From the human T2T-CHM13v2.0 reference genome, Homo sapiens, in NCBI RefSeq assembly GCF_009914755.1, contig NC_060939.1: a stretch of 64,000 nucleotides of DNA; one strand, written 5' to 3'. Of this stretch, positions 1 through 16,600 are shown in pieces. Position 1 is the stretch's first letter, and each line of letters begins with the position of its first letter. The notes beneath the pieces were generated by a model. It had not been told where the DNA came from. It made no database searches and was given only the letters and a program-made list of their open reading frames with translations. The position numbers were made by a program, and so were the translations under genes.

Positions 1-3000
1 AAGGGGTCTTGTCACATATCTCTGCACTGATCACCCAGGTGACGTAACTCTTGTCTAGGCTCTGCTTCCAGGGGGTATTATGACATATCTCCGCACTGAT
101 CACCTAAGTGATGTAACACTTTGTAGGCTCTGCCTACAGGGGCATTTTGACATATCTCTGCATGATAACCTGGGTGATGTAACTCTTGTCTAGGCTGTGC
201 CCACAGGGGGATTGAGATATATCCCTGCACTGATTCAAAGGTTATCCAACTCTTGTCTGGTCTCTGCCTACTGGGGACATTGTGACATATATCTGCATTG
301 ATCTCCAAGGGGCTGTAAGTTTAGTCTAGTCTCTGGCTACATGGCATCGTGACATATCACTGCACTGATCATCCAGATGATATACCCCTTGTCTATGCTC
401 TGCCTACAGGGGGCCTGTGACATATCTCTGTACTGATCACCCAGGTGGTATAACTCTTCCCTAGGATCTGCTTACAGGGTGCTTTGTTACATATCCCTGC
501 AATGATCACCCAGGTGATATACCACTTGTAAAGGCTCTGCCTACAGGGGCATTGCGATGTATCTCTGCACTGATCACCTAGGTCTTGTAACTCTTGTCTA
601 GGCTCTGCCTAGAGTGGCATTGTGACATATCTCTGCACTCATCATCCAAGTGATGTAACACTTGTCTAGGATCTGCCTCAAGGGACTTTGTGACATAACT
701 CTTCACTGATCACCCAAGTGATGCAACTATTGTATAGGCTTTGCCTACATGAGACTTTGTGACATAACTTTGAACTGATCATCCAGGTGATGTAACTCAT
801 CTAAATTCTGCCTACAGGAATTTTGTGACATATCTCTGCACTGATCACTTAGGTGATGTAACACTTTTCTCAGCACTGCTTACAGGGAATTTGGACAAGT
901 CTCTGTACTGATCACCTAGGTGATTCAACTGTTGTCTAGGATCTGCATACAGGGGGAATTTTGAAATATCTCTGCACTGATCAACTAGGTGATGTAACTC
1001 TTGTCTAGACTCTGCCTACAGGGGCGTTTTCACATATCCCTGAACTGATGACAAAGGTGATGTAACTCTTGCCTAGGCTTTGCCTACATGGGACATTGTG
1101 ACATATCTCTGCACTGATCACCCAGGTGATGCAATTCTTCTCTATTCTCTGCCTACAGGGGATATTGTGACATATCTCTGCACTGATCACCCAGGTGATG
1201 CAACACTTCTCTATGCTCTGCCTACCGGGGATATTGTGACATATCTCTGCGCTGATCACCCAGGTGATGGGAATCTACTGTAGGCTCTGCGTACTAGGTG
1301 CATTGTCACATATTTCTGCACTCATCACCCAGGTGACGGACTCTTGTCTTGGATTTGCCTATGGGGGCATTGTGACATATCTCTGCACTGATCACCCAGC
1401 TGTTGTAACTCTGGTCTAAGCTCTGCCTAAAGGGGCATTGTGACAGATCTCTGCACTGATCACTCAGGTGATGTAACAATTGTCTTGGCTCTGCTTAAAG
1501 GGGCCTTGTCACATATATCTGCACTGATCACCCAGGTGATTTCACTCTTATCTATGCTCTGCTTACAGGGGGTACTGTGACATATCTCTGCACTGATCAC
1601 CTAAGTGTTGTAACATTTGTGTAGGCTCTGCCTATAGGAGCATTTTGACATATCTCTGCACTGTTAACCGAGGTGATGTAACTCTTGTCTTGGCTGTGCC
1701 CACAGGTGGATTGAGACATATCTCTGCACTGTTCCCGAGGTGATCCAACTCTTGCCTGGTCTCTGCCTACTGGGGACATTGTGACATATCTCTGCACTGA
1801 TCTCCCAGGTGCTGTAACTTTAGTCTAGGCTCTGGCTACACGGCATCGTGACATATCACTGCACTGATCACCCAGGTGATATAACTCTTGTATAGGCTCT
1901 GCCTACAATGTTCTTGTGACATATCTCTGCACTGATCACCCAGGTGCTATAACTTTTCTCTAGGATCTGCTTACAGGGTGCTTTGTGACATGTCCCTGCA
2001 ATGATCACCCAGCTGATATACCACTTGTCAAGGCTCGGCCTATAGGGGCATTGCAATGTATCCCTTGCACTGATCACCTAGGTCATGTAACTCTTGTCTA
2101 GGCTCTGCCTAGAGTGGCATTGTGACATATCTCTGCACTCATCACCCAGGTGATATAACTCTTTTCTAGGATCTGCCAAAAGGGAGTTTGTGACATAAAT
2201 CTGCACTGATCATCCAGGTGATGGGGATTTTGTCTAGGCTCTGACTAAAGGGGCATTGTGACATAATTCTGCATTGATCACCCAGGTGATGTACCACTTG
2301 TCAAGGCTCTGCCTACAGGGAAATTGTGATGTATCTCTGCACTGATCTCCTAGGTCAATTAAGTCTTGTCTCGACTCTGTGCACAGTGCCATTGTGACAT
2401 ATCTCTGCACTGATCATCCAAGTGATGTAACAGTTGTCTAGGATCTGCCTAAAGGGACTTTGTGACATAACTCTGCACTGATCATCCAAGTAATGTAAAT
2501 CTTCTCTAGGATCTGCCTAAACGGATTTTGTGACATATCTCTGCACCGATCAAACAGGTGATGGGGATTTTTTCTGGGCTCTCCCTAAGGTGGCATTGTG
2601 ACATATTTCTGCATTGATCACCCAGTTGACGGACTTTTCTCTTGGATCTGCCTATGGGGGCATTGTGACATATGTCTGCATTTATCACCCAGGTGAAGTA
2701 ACTGTTGTATATGCTCTGCCTACAGGGGAATTGTGAGAGATCTCGCCACTGATCACCCAAATGATGGAACGATAGACTAGGCTTTGCCTACAGGGGGCTT
2801 TGTGATATACCTTTGCACTGATCACCCAGGTGATGTAACTCATCTACGTTCTGCCTACAGGAGCTTTGAGACATATCTCTGCACTGATCACTTAGGTGAT
2901 GTAACACTTTTCAAAGCACTGCCTACAGGGAATTTTGACAAATCTCTGCACTGATCACCCAGGTGATGTAACTCTTGTCTACCATCTGCCCAAAGGGCGC

Positions 3001-5271
3001 ATTGTGAAATATCTCTGCACTGATCACCCACATGATTCAACTCTTGTCTAGGATCTGCCTACAGGGGGTTTTGTGAAATATCTCTGCGCTGATCAACTAG
3101 GTGATATAACTCCTGTCTAGGCTCTGCCTACAGGGGCGTTTTCACATATCCCTGAACTGATGACAAAGGTGATGTAACTCTTGCCTAGGCTTTGCCTGCA
3201 GGGGACATTGGACATATATCTGCACTGATCACCCAGGTGATGCAACTCTTCTCTAGCTGTGCCTACAGGGGGCATTGTGACATATCTCTACACTGATCAC
3301 GCAGGTGATGTAACTCTTTTCTAGTCTCTGTCTACCGAGGACATTGTGATATCACTCTGCATGTATCACCCGGTTTATGTAACTCTTTTCTAGGCTCTGC
3401 CTATGGGGACATTGTGACTTATCTCTGCACTGATCACCCAGGAGATGTAAGTCTTTTTGAAGCTCTGCCTAGAGGGACATTGGTACATATCTGTGTACTG
3501 ATCGCTGAGGTGATGTAAAACTTGTCTAGGTTTTGCCTACAGTGGGATTTATGACATATCTGTACACTGATCACCCAGGTGATGTAACTCTCGTCTAGGC
3601 TCTGCTTACAGGGGGTTTTGTGCGATATCTCTGCACTGATCACCCAGGTGATGTAACTCTTGTCTAGGCTCTGCCTACAGGGGCATTTTAACATAGCACT
3701 GCACTGATCACCGAGATGATGTAACTCTTGTATAGGCTTCGCCGACATGGGGCATTGAGACATATCTCTGCACTGATCACGGAGGTGATGCAACTATTGT
3801 CTGGGATCTGCATACAGGGGGCATTGTGACATATCTCTTCCCTGATCACCCAGCTGATGTAACTCTTGCTTAGTCTCTGCCAACTGGAGACATTGTGACA
3901 TATCTCCGCAGTGATCACCCAGGTGATGTCACTATTATCAACAAATGGCTACAGGGACATTGTGACATATCACTGCACTGATCACACAGCTGATGTAACC
4001 CTTTTCTGGGCTCTGGCTACACGGGTCTTGTGACACATCTCTGCACTGATCACCCAGGTGATGTAACCCTTGTCTAGGCTCTGCCAAAAGGGGGCATTGT
4101 GACATATCTCTGCACTGATCACCCAGGTGATGGGACTCTTGAATAGGCTCTGCCTACACGTGCATTGTGACGTATCTCTGCAGTGATCACGCAGGTGATG
4201 CAACTCTTGTCTTTATCCGCCCACTGGCGGCATTGTGGCATATTTCTGCACTGATCACCCAGGTGATGGACTCTTGTCTTGGATCTGCCTATGGGGGCAT
4301 AGTGACATATATCTGCACTGATCACTCATGTGATGTAACGCTTGTCTAAGCTGCGCCTAAAGGGGAATTGTGACAGATATCTCCACTGATCACCCAGGTG
4401 ATGTAACAATTTTCTGGGATTTGTCTACAGGGGGCTTTGTGACATATCTTTGCACTAATCACCCAGGAGATATAACTCTTTTCTAGGCTCGGCCTTCAGG
4501 GGCTTTGTGACATATTTCTGCACTGATCACCCAGGTGATGTAACTCTTGTCTAGGCTCCACCTACAGGGTGTATTGTGACGTATCTCTGCACTGATCACC
4601 TAGGTGATGTAACATTTATCAAGGCTCTGCCTATTGGGGAGTTTTGACATAGCTCTGCACAGATCACCTAGGTTATGTAACTCTTGTCCACTCTCTGCCT
4701 ACAGGGGGCATTGTGAGATATCTCTGCACGGATCACCCAGATGATGGGACTCTTCTCTATACTCTGCCTAGAGGGGGATTTGTGACATATCTCTGCACTG
4801 ATCACCCAGGTGATGGAATTCTTGTCTAGGCTCTGTATATGGGGGCATTGTGTCAAATATCTGCACTGATCACCCGGGTGATGTAACTCCTTTCTAGGCT
4901 CTGTCTACAGGGACTTTTTTGTCATAACACTGCACTGATAACCTAGGTGATGTAAGCCTTGTATGGGCTTTGCCTACAGAAGGCTTTGTGGCATATCTAT
5001 GCACTGATCTCTGAGGTGATGCAACTCTTGTCTAGGCACTGCCTACAGGGGACATTGGTACATATCTCTGCACTGATCACCCATGTGATGGACTCTTGTC
5101 TTAGATCTGTCTACGTGGACATTGTGACACATCTCTGAACTGATCAACCAAGTGACGAAACTCTTGTCTAGGCTCTGCCTACAGGGGCTTTGTGACACAT
5201 CTCTGCACTGATCACCCTCGGGAGGGATCTCTTGTCTATGCTCTGCTTACAGGAAGATTTGGGATTTATAC
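1..5271. repeat. Beta-satellite (68-bp Sau3A/BSAT) array, block A (open at window start)
   Basis: Continuous ~68-bp tandem monomers with GATCACCCAGGTGATGTAACTCTTGTCTAGGCTCTGCCTACAGGG...TGTGACATATCTCTGCACT, usually one GATC per monomer. Confidence 0.96.
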
Positions 5272-5541
5272 CTGCCAGCAAACCCGCGGTTGTGCAGTAG
5301 GAGGCCCACCTGCTGGTACCTGGGCCGGCTCTGGGATCCCCGGGATGCCCAGGAAAGAATGGCAGTTCTCCACTATGTCGAGCCTCTCACCAAGCCTACA
5401 CTTAGAAGGCAGGAATCCCAGGCCGGTCAGCCCAGTGGAGGGGGCGGGGGGAAGACACGCCCCTCCATAGCCAGCCAGGTGTTCCCCGCGAAAGAGAGGC
5501 CACCGGCCTGTCCCGACCCGACCCTGTCCCAACCCAGCGTC

Positions 5542-6998
<1,457 letters not shown>

Positions 6999-7607
6999 CT
7001 GGGACAACCCGCCCTACCCTCGAAGGGTCCCATGGCGTCAGGGCCTGCAGCCGGTGGGTGGTGGGGTGGGGGGGTTAGGGCGTGGTGATGGAGATGGTGA
7101 GGACGGAGACACGAAGAAGAAGGGGGCGAGGGGGAAGGGGCGAGGGGGGCGCGTTTCGGGGGCTGGCTCTCCGGACCTCTCCAGGAATCCCGCGGGAACT
7201 GGAAGGTGCTCTCTGGGCTCCCACGCGCCTTCAGCAGGGAGAAACCGGCCTGGGAGTTTGGAGGGGAGTTTGGAACTGAACCTCCATGGGAGTCTTGAGT
7301 GCTCCATGCCCTCTCTCCGTGAAGGTGGCAGTGCCTATGGGTGTCGCCGTTGTCAGGACAGTGTCACAGAGGCAGGCTTGTGGCTCTCGTTCATTTCCAC
7401 CTAGGAGACCAGAGCAAGACCCCAGAGAGAAGATGCCTCCACGGCGTGATGGCCTGAGGATGGATTCCCATGTGCGGCAACATGAGGAGTCTGCAGAGTG
7501 GCCGGTTTAGAACCTGGCAAGGAGAGCGAAGGCACCATGCGGGTCTTCAACCGTTCCCTGCATGTTTCTGGGTGCCCACAGAGCTGCGGGAGCAAACAGT
7601 CAGCATG

Positions 7608-10600
7608 ACACATCTCTGAACTGATCAACAAAGTGATGTAACACTTGTCTACGCTCTGCCTACAGGGGCTTTGTGACATATCTCTGCACTGATCACCCAG
7701 GTGATGGGACTTTTGTCTAGGCTCTGCCTATGGGGGCATTGTGATATATCTCTTCACTGATCACCCAGGTGATGTAACTCTTGTGTTGGATCTGCCTATG
7801 AGGGCATTGTGACATATTTCTTCACTGATCACCTAGGTGATAGGACTCTTGTCAAGGCTCTGTGTATTGGGGCTTTGTGACATATCTCTGCACTGATCAC
7901 CCAGGTGATGTAACGCTTGACTAGGCTCTGCCTATGGGGCATAGTGACATATCACGGCATTGATCACCGAGGTGATGTAACTCTCGTCCAGGCTCTGCCT
8001 ATAGGGAACCTTGTGACTTATCTCTGCACTGACCATCTAGGTGATGTAACTCTTGTTTACGCTCAGCCTGCAGGGGCATTGTGAAATATCTCTGCACTGA
8101 TCAACCTGGTGATGGTACTCTTCTCTAGGCTCTGCCTACTGGGGGCATTGTCACATACTTCTGCACTGATCACCCAGTGACGGACTCTTGCCTTGGATTT
8201 TCCTATGGGGGCATTGTCTCTGGTCTAAGCTCTGCCTAAAGGGGCATTGTGACAGATCTCTGCAGTGATCACTCAGGTGATGTAACTATTGTCCAGGCTC
8301 TGCTTACATGGGGTATTGTGACATATCTCTGCACTGATCACCTAAGTGATGTAACACTTGTGTAGGCTCTGCCTACAGGGGTATTTTGACAAATCTCTGC
8401 ACTGGTAACCGCTGTGATGTAACTCTTGTCTAGGCTGTGCCCACAGGGGGATTGAGACATATCTCTTCACTGATCCCGAGGTGATCCAGCTCTTGCCTGT
8501 TCTCTGCCTACTGGGGACACTGTGACATGCCTCTGCACTGATCTCCCAGGTGCTGTAACTTTAGTCTAGGCTCTGGCTACACGGCATTGTGACATATCAC
8601 TGCACTGATCACCCAGGTGATGTACCACTTGTCAAAGCTCTGCCTACAGGGACATTGCGATGTATCTCTGCACTGATCACCTAGGTCATGTAACACTTGT
8701 CTAGGCTCTGCCTACAGTGTCATTGTGACATATCTCTGCACTGATCACCCAGGTGACGTAACTCTTTTCTAGGGTCTGCGTACAGGGTGCTTTGTGACAT
8801 ATCCCTGCAATGATCACACAGGTGATGTACCACTTGTCAAGGCTCTGCCTACAGGGACATTGCAATGTATCTCTCCACTGATCACCTAGGTCATGTAACA
8901 TTTGTCTATGCTCTGCCTACAGTGGCATTGTGACATCTCTCTGCACTCATCATCCAAGTGATGTAACACTTGTCTTGGATCTGCCTAAAGGGACTTTGTG
9001 ACATATCTCTGCACTGATCATCCAGGTGATGGGGCTTTTGTCTAGGCTCTGCCTAAGGGGGCATTGTGACATATTTCTTCACTGATCACCCAGGTGACGG
9101 ACTCTTGTCTTGGATGTGCCTATGGGGGCATTGTGACATATCTCTGCACTGGTCACCCAGGTGATGTAACTGTTGTATAAGCTCTGCCTACAGGGAAATT
9201 GTGAGAGATCTCGCCATTGATCACCGAAGTGATGTAACTATTGTCTAGGCTTTGCCTACATAGGGCTTTGTGACATACTTTTGTACTGATCACCCAGGTG
9301 ATGTAACTCATCTAATTTCTGCGTACAGGAGCTTTGTGACATATCCCTGCACTGATCACATAGGTGATGTAACACTTTTATAAGCACTGCCTACAGGGAA
9401 TTTTGACAAATCTCTGCACTGATCACCTAGGTGATGTAACTCTTCTCAACCCTCTGCCCAAAAGGGGCATTGTGAAATATCTCGGCACTGATCAACCAGG
9501 TGATTCAACTCTTTTCTAGGATCTGCCTACAGGGGTTATTGTGAAATATCTCTGCACTGATCAACTAGGTGATGTAAATGTTGTCTAGGCTCTGCCTACA
9601 GGGGTGCATTCACATATCCCTGAAGTGATGACAAAGGTGATGTAACTCTAGCCTAGGCTGTGCCTACAGGGGAAATTGTGACATATCTCTGCAATGATCG
9701 CCCAGGTGATGTAACTCTTTTCTAGGATCTGCGTAAAGGCTGCTTTGTGACATATCCCTGCAATGATCACCCAGGTGATGTACCACTTGTCAAGGCTCTG
9801 CCAACAGGGACATTGCGATGTATCTGTGCACTGATCACCTCGGTCATGTAACACTTGTCTAGACTCTGCCTACAGTGGCATTGTGACATATCTCTGCACT
9901 GATAATCCAAGTGATGTAACACTGGTCTTGGATCTGCCTAAAGGGACTTTGTGACATAACTCTTCACTGATCATCCAGGTGATGGGGCTTTTGTCTAGGC
10001 TCTGTCTAAGGGTGCATTGTGACATATTTCTGCACTGATCAACCAGGTGACGGACTCTTGTCTTGGATCTGCCTATGGGGGCATTGGGAAATATCTCTGC
10101 ACTGATCACCCAGGTGATTTAACTGTTGTATAAGCTCTGCCTATAGGGCAGTTGTGAGAGATCTCACCACTGATCACCCAAGGGATGTAATTATGGTCTA
10201 GGCTTTGCCTACAGGGAGCTTTGTGACATACCTTTGCACTGATCACCCAGGTGATGTTACTCATCTAAGTTCTGGCTACAGGAGCTTTGTGACATATCCC
10301 TGCACTGATCACATAGGTGATGTAACACTTTTATAAGCACTGCCTACAGGGAATTTTGACAGATCTCTGCACTGATCACCTAGATGATGTAACTCTTGTA
10401 TACCCTCTGCCCAAAGGGGGCATTGTGAAATATCTCTGCACTGATCAACTAGATGATGTAACTGTTGTCTAGGCTCTGCGTACAGGGGCGTTTTCACATA
10501 TCCCTGAACTGATGACAAAGATGATGTAACTCTTGCCAAGGTTTGCCAACAGGGGACATTGTGACATATCTCTGCACTGATCACCCAGGTGATGCAACTC

Positions 10601-13600
10601 TTCTCTATGCTCTGCCTACATGGGACATTGTGACATATCTCTACACTGATCACCCAGGTGATGCAACTCTTCTCTATGCTTTGCCTACAGCGGGCATTTT
10701 AACATATTTCTGCACTGATCACACAGGTGATGTAACTCTTTCCAATGCTCTGCTTTCAGAGAGCGTTGTGACATCAGTCGGCACGGATCACCCGGGTTAT
10801 GTAACTCTTATCTAGGCTCTGGCTATGGGGCATTGTGACTTATCTCTGCACTGATCACCCAGGAGATGTGACTCTTTTCTAATCTCTGCCTAGAGGGACA
10901 TTGGGACATATCTCTGCACTCATCGCTGAGGTGATGTAAAACTTGTGTAGGCTTTGCCTACAGTGGCATTTATGACATATCTCTGCACTGATCTCCCAGG
11001 TGATGTAACTCTTGTCTAGGCTCTGCTTACCGGGGTATTGTGAGATATCTCTGCATTGATCACCCAGGTGATGTAACTGTTGTCTAGGCTCTGTCTACAG
11101 GGGCATTGTAACATATCACTGCACTGATCACCGGGATGACCTAACTCTTGTATAGGCTTCGCCGACAGGGTGCCTTGAGACATATCTCTGCACTGATAAC
11201 CGAGGTGATGCAACTCTTGTCTGGGATCTGCTTTCAATGGGCATTGTGACATAACTCTGCCCTGATCACCCAGGTGATGTAACTCTTGTCTACGCTCTGC
11301 CTACTGGAGACATTGTGACATATCTCAACACTGATCACCCAGGTGATGTCAATTTTGTCAAGGATATGGCTACAGGGACATTGTGACATGTCACTGCACT
11401 GATCACACAGCTGATGTAAGTCTTTTCTAGGCTCTGGATACAGGGGGCTTGTGACACATCTCTGCACTGATCACCCAGTTGATGTAACCCTTGTCTAGGC
11501 TCTTCCAAAAGGGGACATTGTGACATAACTCTGCACTGATCACCCAGTTGATGGGACTCTGGTCTAGGCTCTGCCTACAGGGGCATTGTGACATATCTCT
11601 GCAGTGATCACACAGGTGATGTAACTCTTGTCTATATCTGCCTGCTGGTGGCATTGTGGCATATTTCTGCAGTGATCACCCAGGTGATGGACACTTGTCT
11701 TGGATCTGCCTATGGGGGCATAGTGACATATCTCTGCAGTGATCACTCATGTGATGTAATTCTTATCGAAGCTGCGCCTAAAGGGGAATTGTGACAGATA
11801 TCTCCACTGATCACCCAGGTGATGAAACAATTTTCTGGGATTTGTCTACATGGGGCTTTGTGACATATCTTTTCACGGATCACCCAGGAGATGTAACTCT
11901 TGTCTAGGCTCGGCCTACAGAGGCTTTGTGTCATATTTCTGCACTGATCAGCCAGCTGATGTAACTGTTGTTTCAGCTCTTCCTACAGGGGCTTTTTGAA
12001 CATATCTCTGCACTGATCACCCAGGTGATGTAACTCTTGTCTAGGATCCACCTACAAGGGGTATTGTGACGTATCTCTGCACTGATCACCCAAGTGATGT
12101 AACTGTTGCCTAGGCTCAAACTACTGGGTGTATTGTGACGTACCTCTGCACTGATCACCCAGGTGATGGGACACTTGTCTAGGCTCTGTATATGGGGGCT
12201 TTGTGACATATCTCTGCACTGATCACCAAAGTGATGTAACTCTTGACTAGGGTCTGCCTACGGGGCATAGTGACATATCACTGCATTGATCACCGAGGGG
12301 ATGTAACTCTTGTCCAGGTTCTGCCTATAGGGGTCCTTGTGATATATCTCTGAACTGATCATATATGTGATGTAACTCTTGCTTAATCTCTGCCTGCAGG
12401 GGCATTGTGAAATATGTCTGCACTGATCACCCAGGTGATGGGACTCTTCTCTAGGCTCTGCCTACTGGGGGCATTGTCACATATTTCCGCACTGATCACC
12501 CAGGTGACGGACTCTTGTATTGGATTTCCCTATGGGGGCATTGTGACATATCTCTGCACTGATCACCCAGGTGATGCAACTCTGGTCTAATCTCTGCCTA
12601 AACGGGCATTGTGACAGATCTCTGCATTGATCACTCAGGTGATGTAACCATTGTCTAGGCTCTGCTTAAAGGGGCCTTGTCACATATCAATTCACTGATC
12701 ACCCAGGTGATGTAACTCTTGTCTATGCTCTGCTTACAGGGGGTATTGTGACATAACTCTTCACTGATCACCTAAGTGATGTAACATTTGTGTAGGCTCT
12801 GCCTACAGGAGCATTGTGACATATCTCTGCACTGTTAACCGAGGTGATGTAACACTTGTCTAGGCTGTGCCCACAGGGGGATTGAGACATATCTCTGCAC
12901 TAATCCCGAGGTTATCCAACTCTTGCCTGTTCTCTGCCTACAGGGGACATTGTGACATATCTCTGCACTGATCTCCCAGGTGCTGTAACTTTAGTCTAGG
13001 CTCTGGCTACATGGCTTTGTGACATATCACTGCACTGATCACCCAGGTGATATAACTCTTGTCTAGGCTCTGCCTACAGGGTTATTGTGACATATCTGTG
13101 CACTGATCACCCAGGTGATATAACTCTTCTTTACTATCTGCCTACAGGGTGCTTTGTGACATATCCCTGCAATGATCACCCAGGTGATATACCACTTGTC
13201 AAGGCTCTGCCTACAGGGGCAATGCGATGTATCTCTGCACTGATCACCTAGGTCATGTAACCCTTGTCTAGGCTCTGCCTACAGCGGCATTGTGACATAT
13301 CTCTGCACTAATCACCCAGGTGATGTAACTCTTCTAGGATCTGCTTACAGGGTGCTTTGTGACATATCCCTACAATGATCACCCAGGTGATGTACCACAT
13401 GTCAAGGCTCTGCCTACAGGGACATTGCGATGTATCTGTGCACTGATCACCTGGGTCATGTAACTCTTGTCTAGGCTTTGCCTACAGTGGCATTGTGACA
13501 TATCACTGTCGTGATCATCCAAGTGATGTAAGTCTTGTATAGGATCTGCCTAAAGGGATATTGTGACATAACTCTGCCCTGCTCATCCGGGTTTTGGGGC

Positions 13601-16600
13601 TTTTTCTAGGCTCGGCCTAAGGGGGCATTGTGACACATTTCTGTACTGATCACTCAGGTGACAGACACTTGTCTTGGATCTGCCTAAGGGGGCATTGTGA
13701 CATAACTCTGCACTGATCACCCAGGTGATGTAACTGTTGTATAAGCTCTGCCTACAGGGGAATTGTGAGAGATCTCGCCACTGATCACCCAAGAGATGTA
13801 ACTAGTATCTAGGCTTTGCCTCCATGGTGCTTTGTGACATAACTTTGCAGTGATTACCCAGGTGATGTAACTCATCTAATTTCTGCCTACAGGAGCTTTG
13901 TGACATATCTCTGCAGTGATCAATTAGGTGGTGTAACACTTTTATAAGCACTGCCTACAGGGAATTTTGACAAATCTCTGCACTGATCTCCTAGGTGATG
14001 TAACTCTTGTCTACCCTCTGCCCAAAGGTGGCATTGTGAAATATCCCTGCACTGATCACCCAGGTGATTCAACCCTTGTCTAGGGTCTACCTACAGGGGC
14101 GTTTTCACATATCCCTGAACTGATGACAAAGGTGATGTAACTCTTGCCTAGGCTTTGCGTACAGGGGACATTGTGACATATCTCTGCACTGATCATCCAG
14201 GTGATGCAACTCTTCTCTATGCTCTGCCTACAGGGGACATTGTGACATACCTCTGCACTGATCAACCACGTAATGCAGCTCTTCTCTATGCTCTCCCTAC
14301 AGGGGGCATTGTGACATATCTCTGCACTGATCACCCATGTGATGTAACTGTTTTCTAGTCTCTGCCTGCAGAGGGCGTTGTGACATCACTCTGCACAGAT
14401 CACCCTGGTTATGTAACTCTTTTCTACGCTCTGCCTATGTGGGCATTGTGACTTATCTCTGCACTGATCACCCAGGGGATGTGACACTTGTCTAAACTCT
14501 GCCTAGAGGGACATTCAGACATATCTCTGCACTGATCGCTGTGGTGATGTAAAATTGTCTAGCCTTTGCCTACAGTGAAATTTATGACATATCTCTTCAC
14601 TGATTACCCAGGTGATGTGACTCTTGTCTAGGCTCTGCTTAAGGGGGTATTGTGAGATATCTCTGCACTGATCACCCAGGTGATGTAACTCTTGTCTAGG
14701 CTCTGCCTACAGGGGCAAAATAACAAATCACTGCACTGATCACCGAGATGAGGTAACTGTTGTATACGCTTAGCCGACAGGGGGCATTGAGACATATCTG
14801 TGCACTGATCACCGAAGTGATGCAACTCTTCTCTGGGATCTGCTTACAGGGGGCGTTGTGACATATCCCTTCCCTGATCACCCAGGTGATGTAACTCTTG
14901 TCTAGGCTCTGCCTACTGGGGACATTGTGACATATCTCCGCAGTGATAACCCGGGTGATGTCACTTTTGTCGAGGATATCGCTACAGGGACATTGTGACA
15001 TGTCACTGCACTGATCACACAGCTGATGTAACTCTTCTCTAGTCTCTAGCTACAGGGGTCTTGTGACACATCTCTGTACTGATCACCCAGGTGATGTAAC
15101 CCTTATCTAGGCTCTGCCAAAAGGGGTCATTGTGACAAAACTCTGAACTGATCACCCAGGTGATGGGACCCTTGTCTAGGCTCTGCCTACAGGGGAATTG
15201 TGACATATCTCTGCAGTGATCACGCAGGTGATGTAACTCTTCTCTATATCTGCCTACTGGCGGTATGGTGGCATAATTATGCACTGATCAACCAGCTGAT
15301 AGATCCTTGTCTTGGATCTGCGTCTGGGGGCATAGTGACGTATCTCTGCACTGATCACTCATGTGATGTAACACTTGTCTAAGCTGCGACAAAAGGGGAA
15401 TTGTGACAGATGTCTCCAGTGATCACCGAGGTGATGTAACAATTTTCTGGGATTTGTCTACAGGGGGCTTTGTGCCATATCTTTGCACTGATCACCCAGG
15501 AGATGTAACTCTTGTCTAGGCCTGGCCTACAGGGGCTTTGTGACATATTTCTGCACTGATCACGAAGGTGATGTAACACTTGTTTAGGCTCTGCCTGCAG
15601 GGGCTTTGTGTCCTATATCTGTACTGATCACCCATGTGAAGTAACTCTTGTCTAGGCTCCACCTACAGGGGATGTTGTGACGTATCTCTGCACTGATCAC
15701 CCAGGTGATGTAACTCTTGTCTAGGCTCCACCTACAGTGGGTATTGTGACGTAACTCTACAGAGATCACCCAGGTTATGTAACTCTTGTCCACTCTCTGC
15801 CTACAGGGTCATTGTGAAATATCTCTGCACTGTTCACCCAGGTGATGGGACTCTTCTCTATACTCTGCCTGGAGGGGGATTTGTGACATATCTCTGCACT
15901 GATCACTCAGGTGATGGAAGTCTTGTCTAGGCTCTGTCTATGGGCGCATTATGTCAAATATCTGCACTGATCACCCAGTTGATGTAACTCTTGTCTAGGC
16001 TCTGTCTACAGGGATTTTTGTCACATATGACTGCACTCATCACCGAGCTGATGTAAGCCTTGTATGGGCTTTGCATATAGAAGGCTTTATGACATACCTA
16101 TGCACTGATCTCTGAGGTGATGCAACTCTTGTCTAGGCACTGCCTACAGGGGACATTGGTACATATCCGTGCACTGATCACCCAGGTGATGGACTCTTGT
16201 CTTAGACCTGCCTACGTGGACATTGTGACACATCTCTGAACTGATCAACCAAGTGATGAAACTCTTGTCTAGGCTCTGCCTACATGGGCTTTGTGACACA
16301 TCTCTGCACTGTTCACCCTGGGGAGGGAACTCTTGTCTATGCTCTGCCTATAGGAGGCTTTATGACTTATACCTGCACTGATAACCTAGGTGATGTAACA
16401 CTTGTCTAGGCTCTGCCTACACGGGAATTCTCACAAATCTCTGCACTGATCACCCAGGTGATGTAACTCCTCTCTAGGTTCAGCCTACAGGAGTGTTTTG
16501 ACATATCTCTGCACTGATCACCCAGGTGTTGTAACCCTTGTCTAAGCTCTGCCTACAGGGGCATTGTGACAGATCTCTCCACTGCTCACCCAGGTGATGT

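Noticed and set aside
1-5271. CRISPR-like regular repeat pattern
   Set aside because: Whole monomers are tandemly repeated with no unique spacers and no cas genes; this is eukaryotic satellite.
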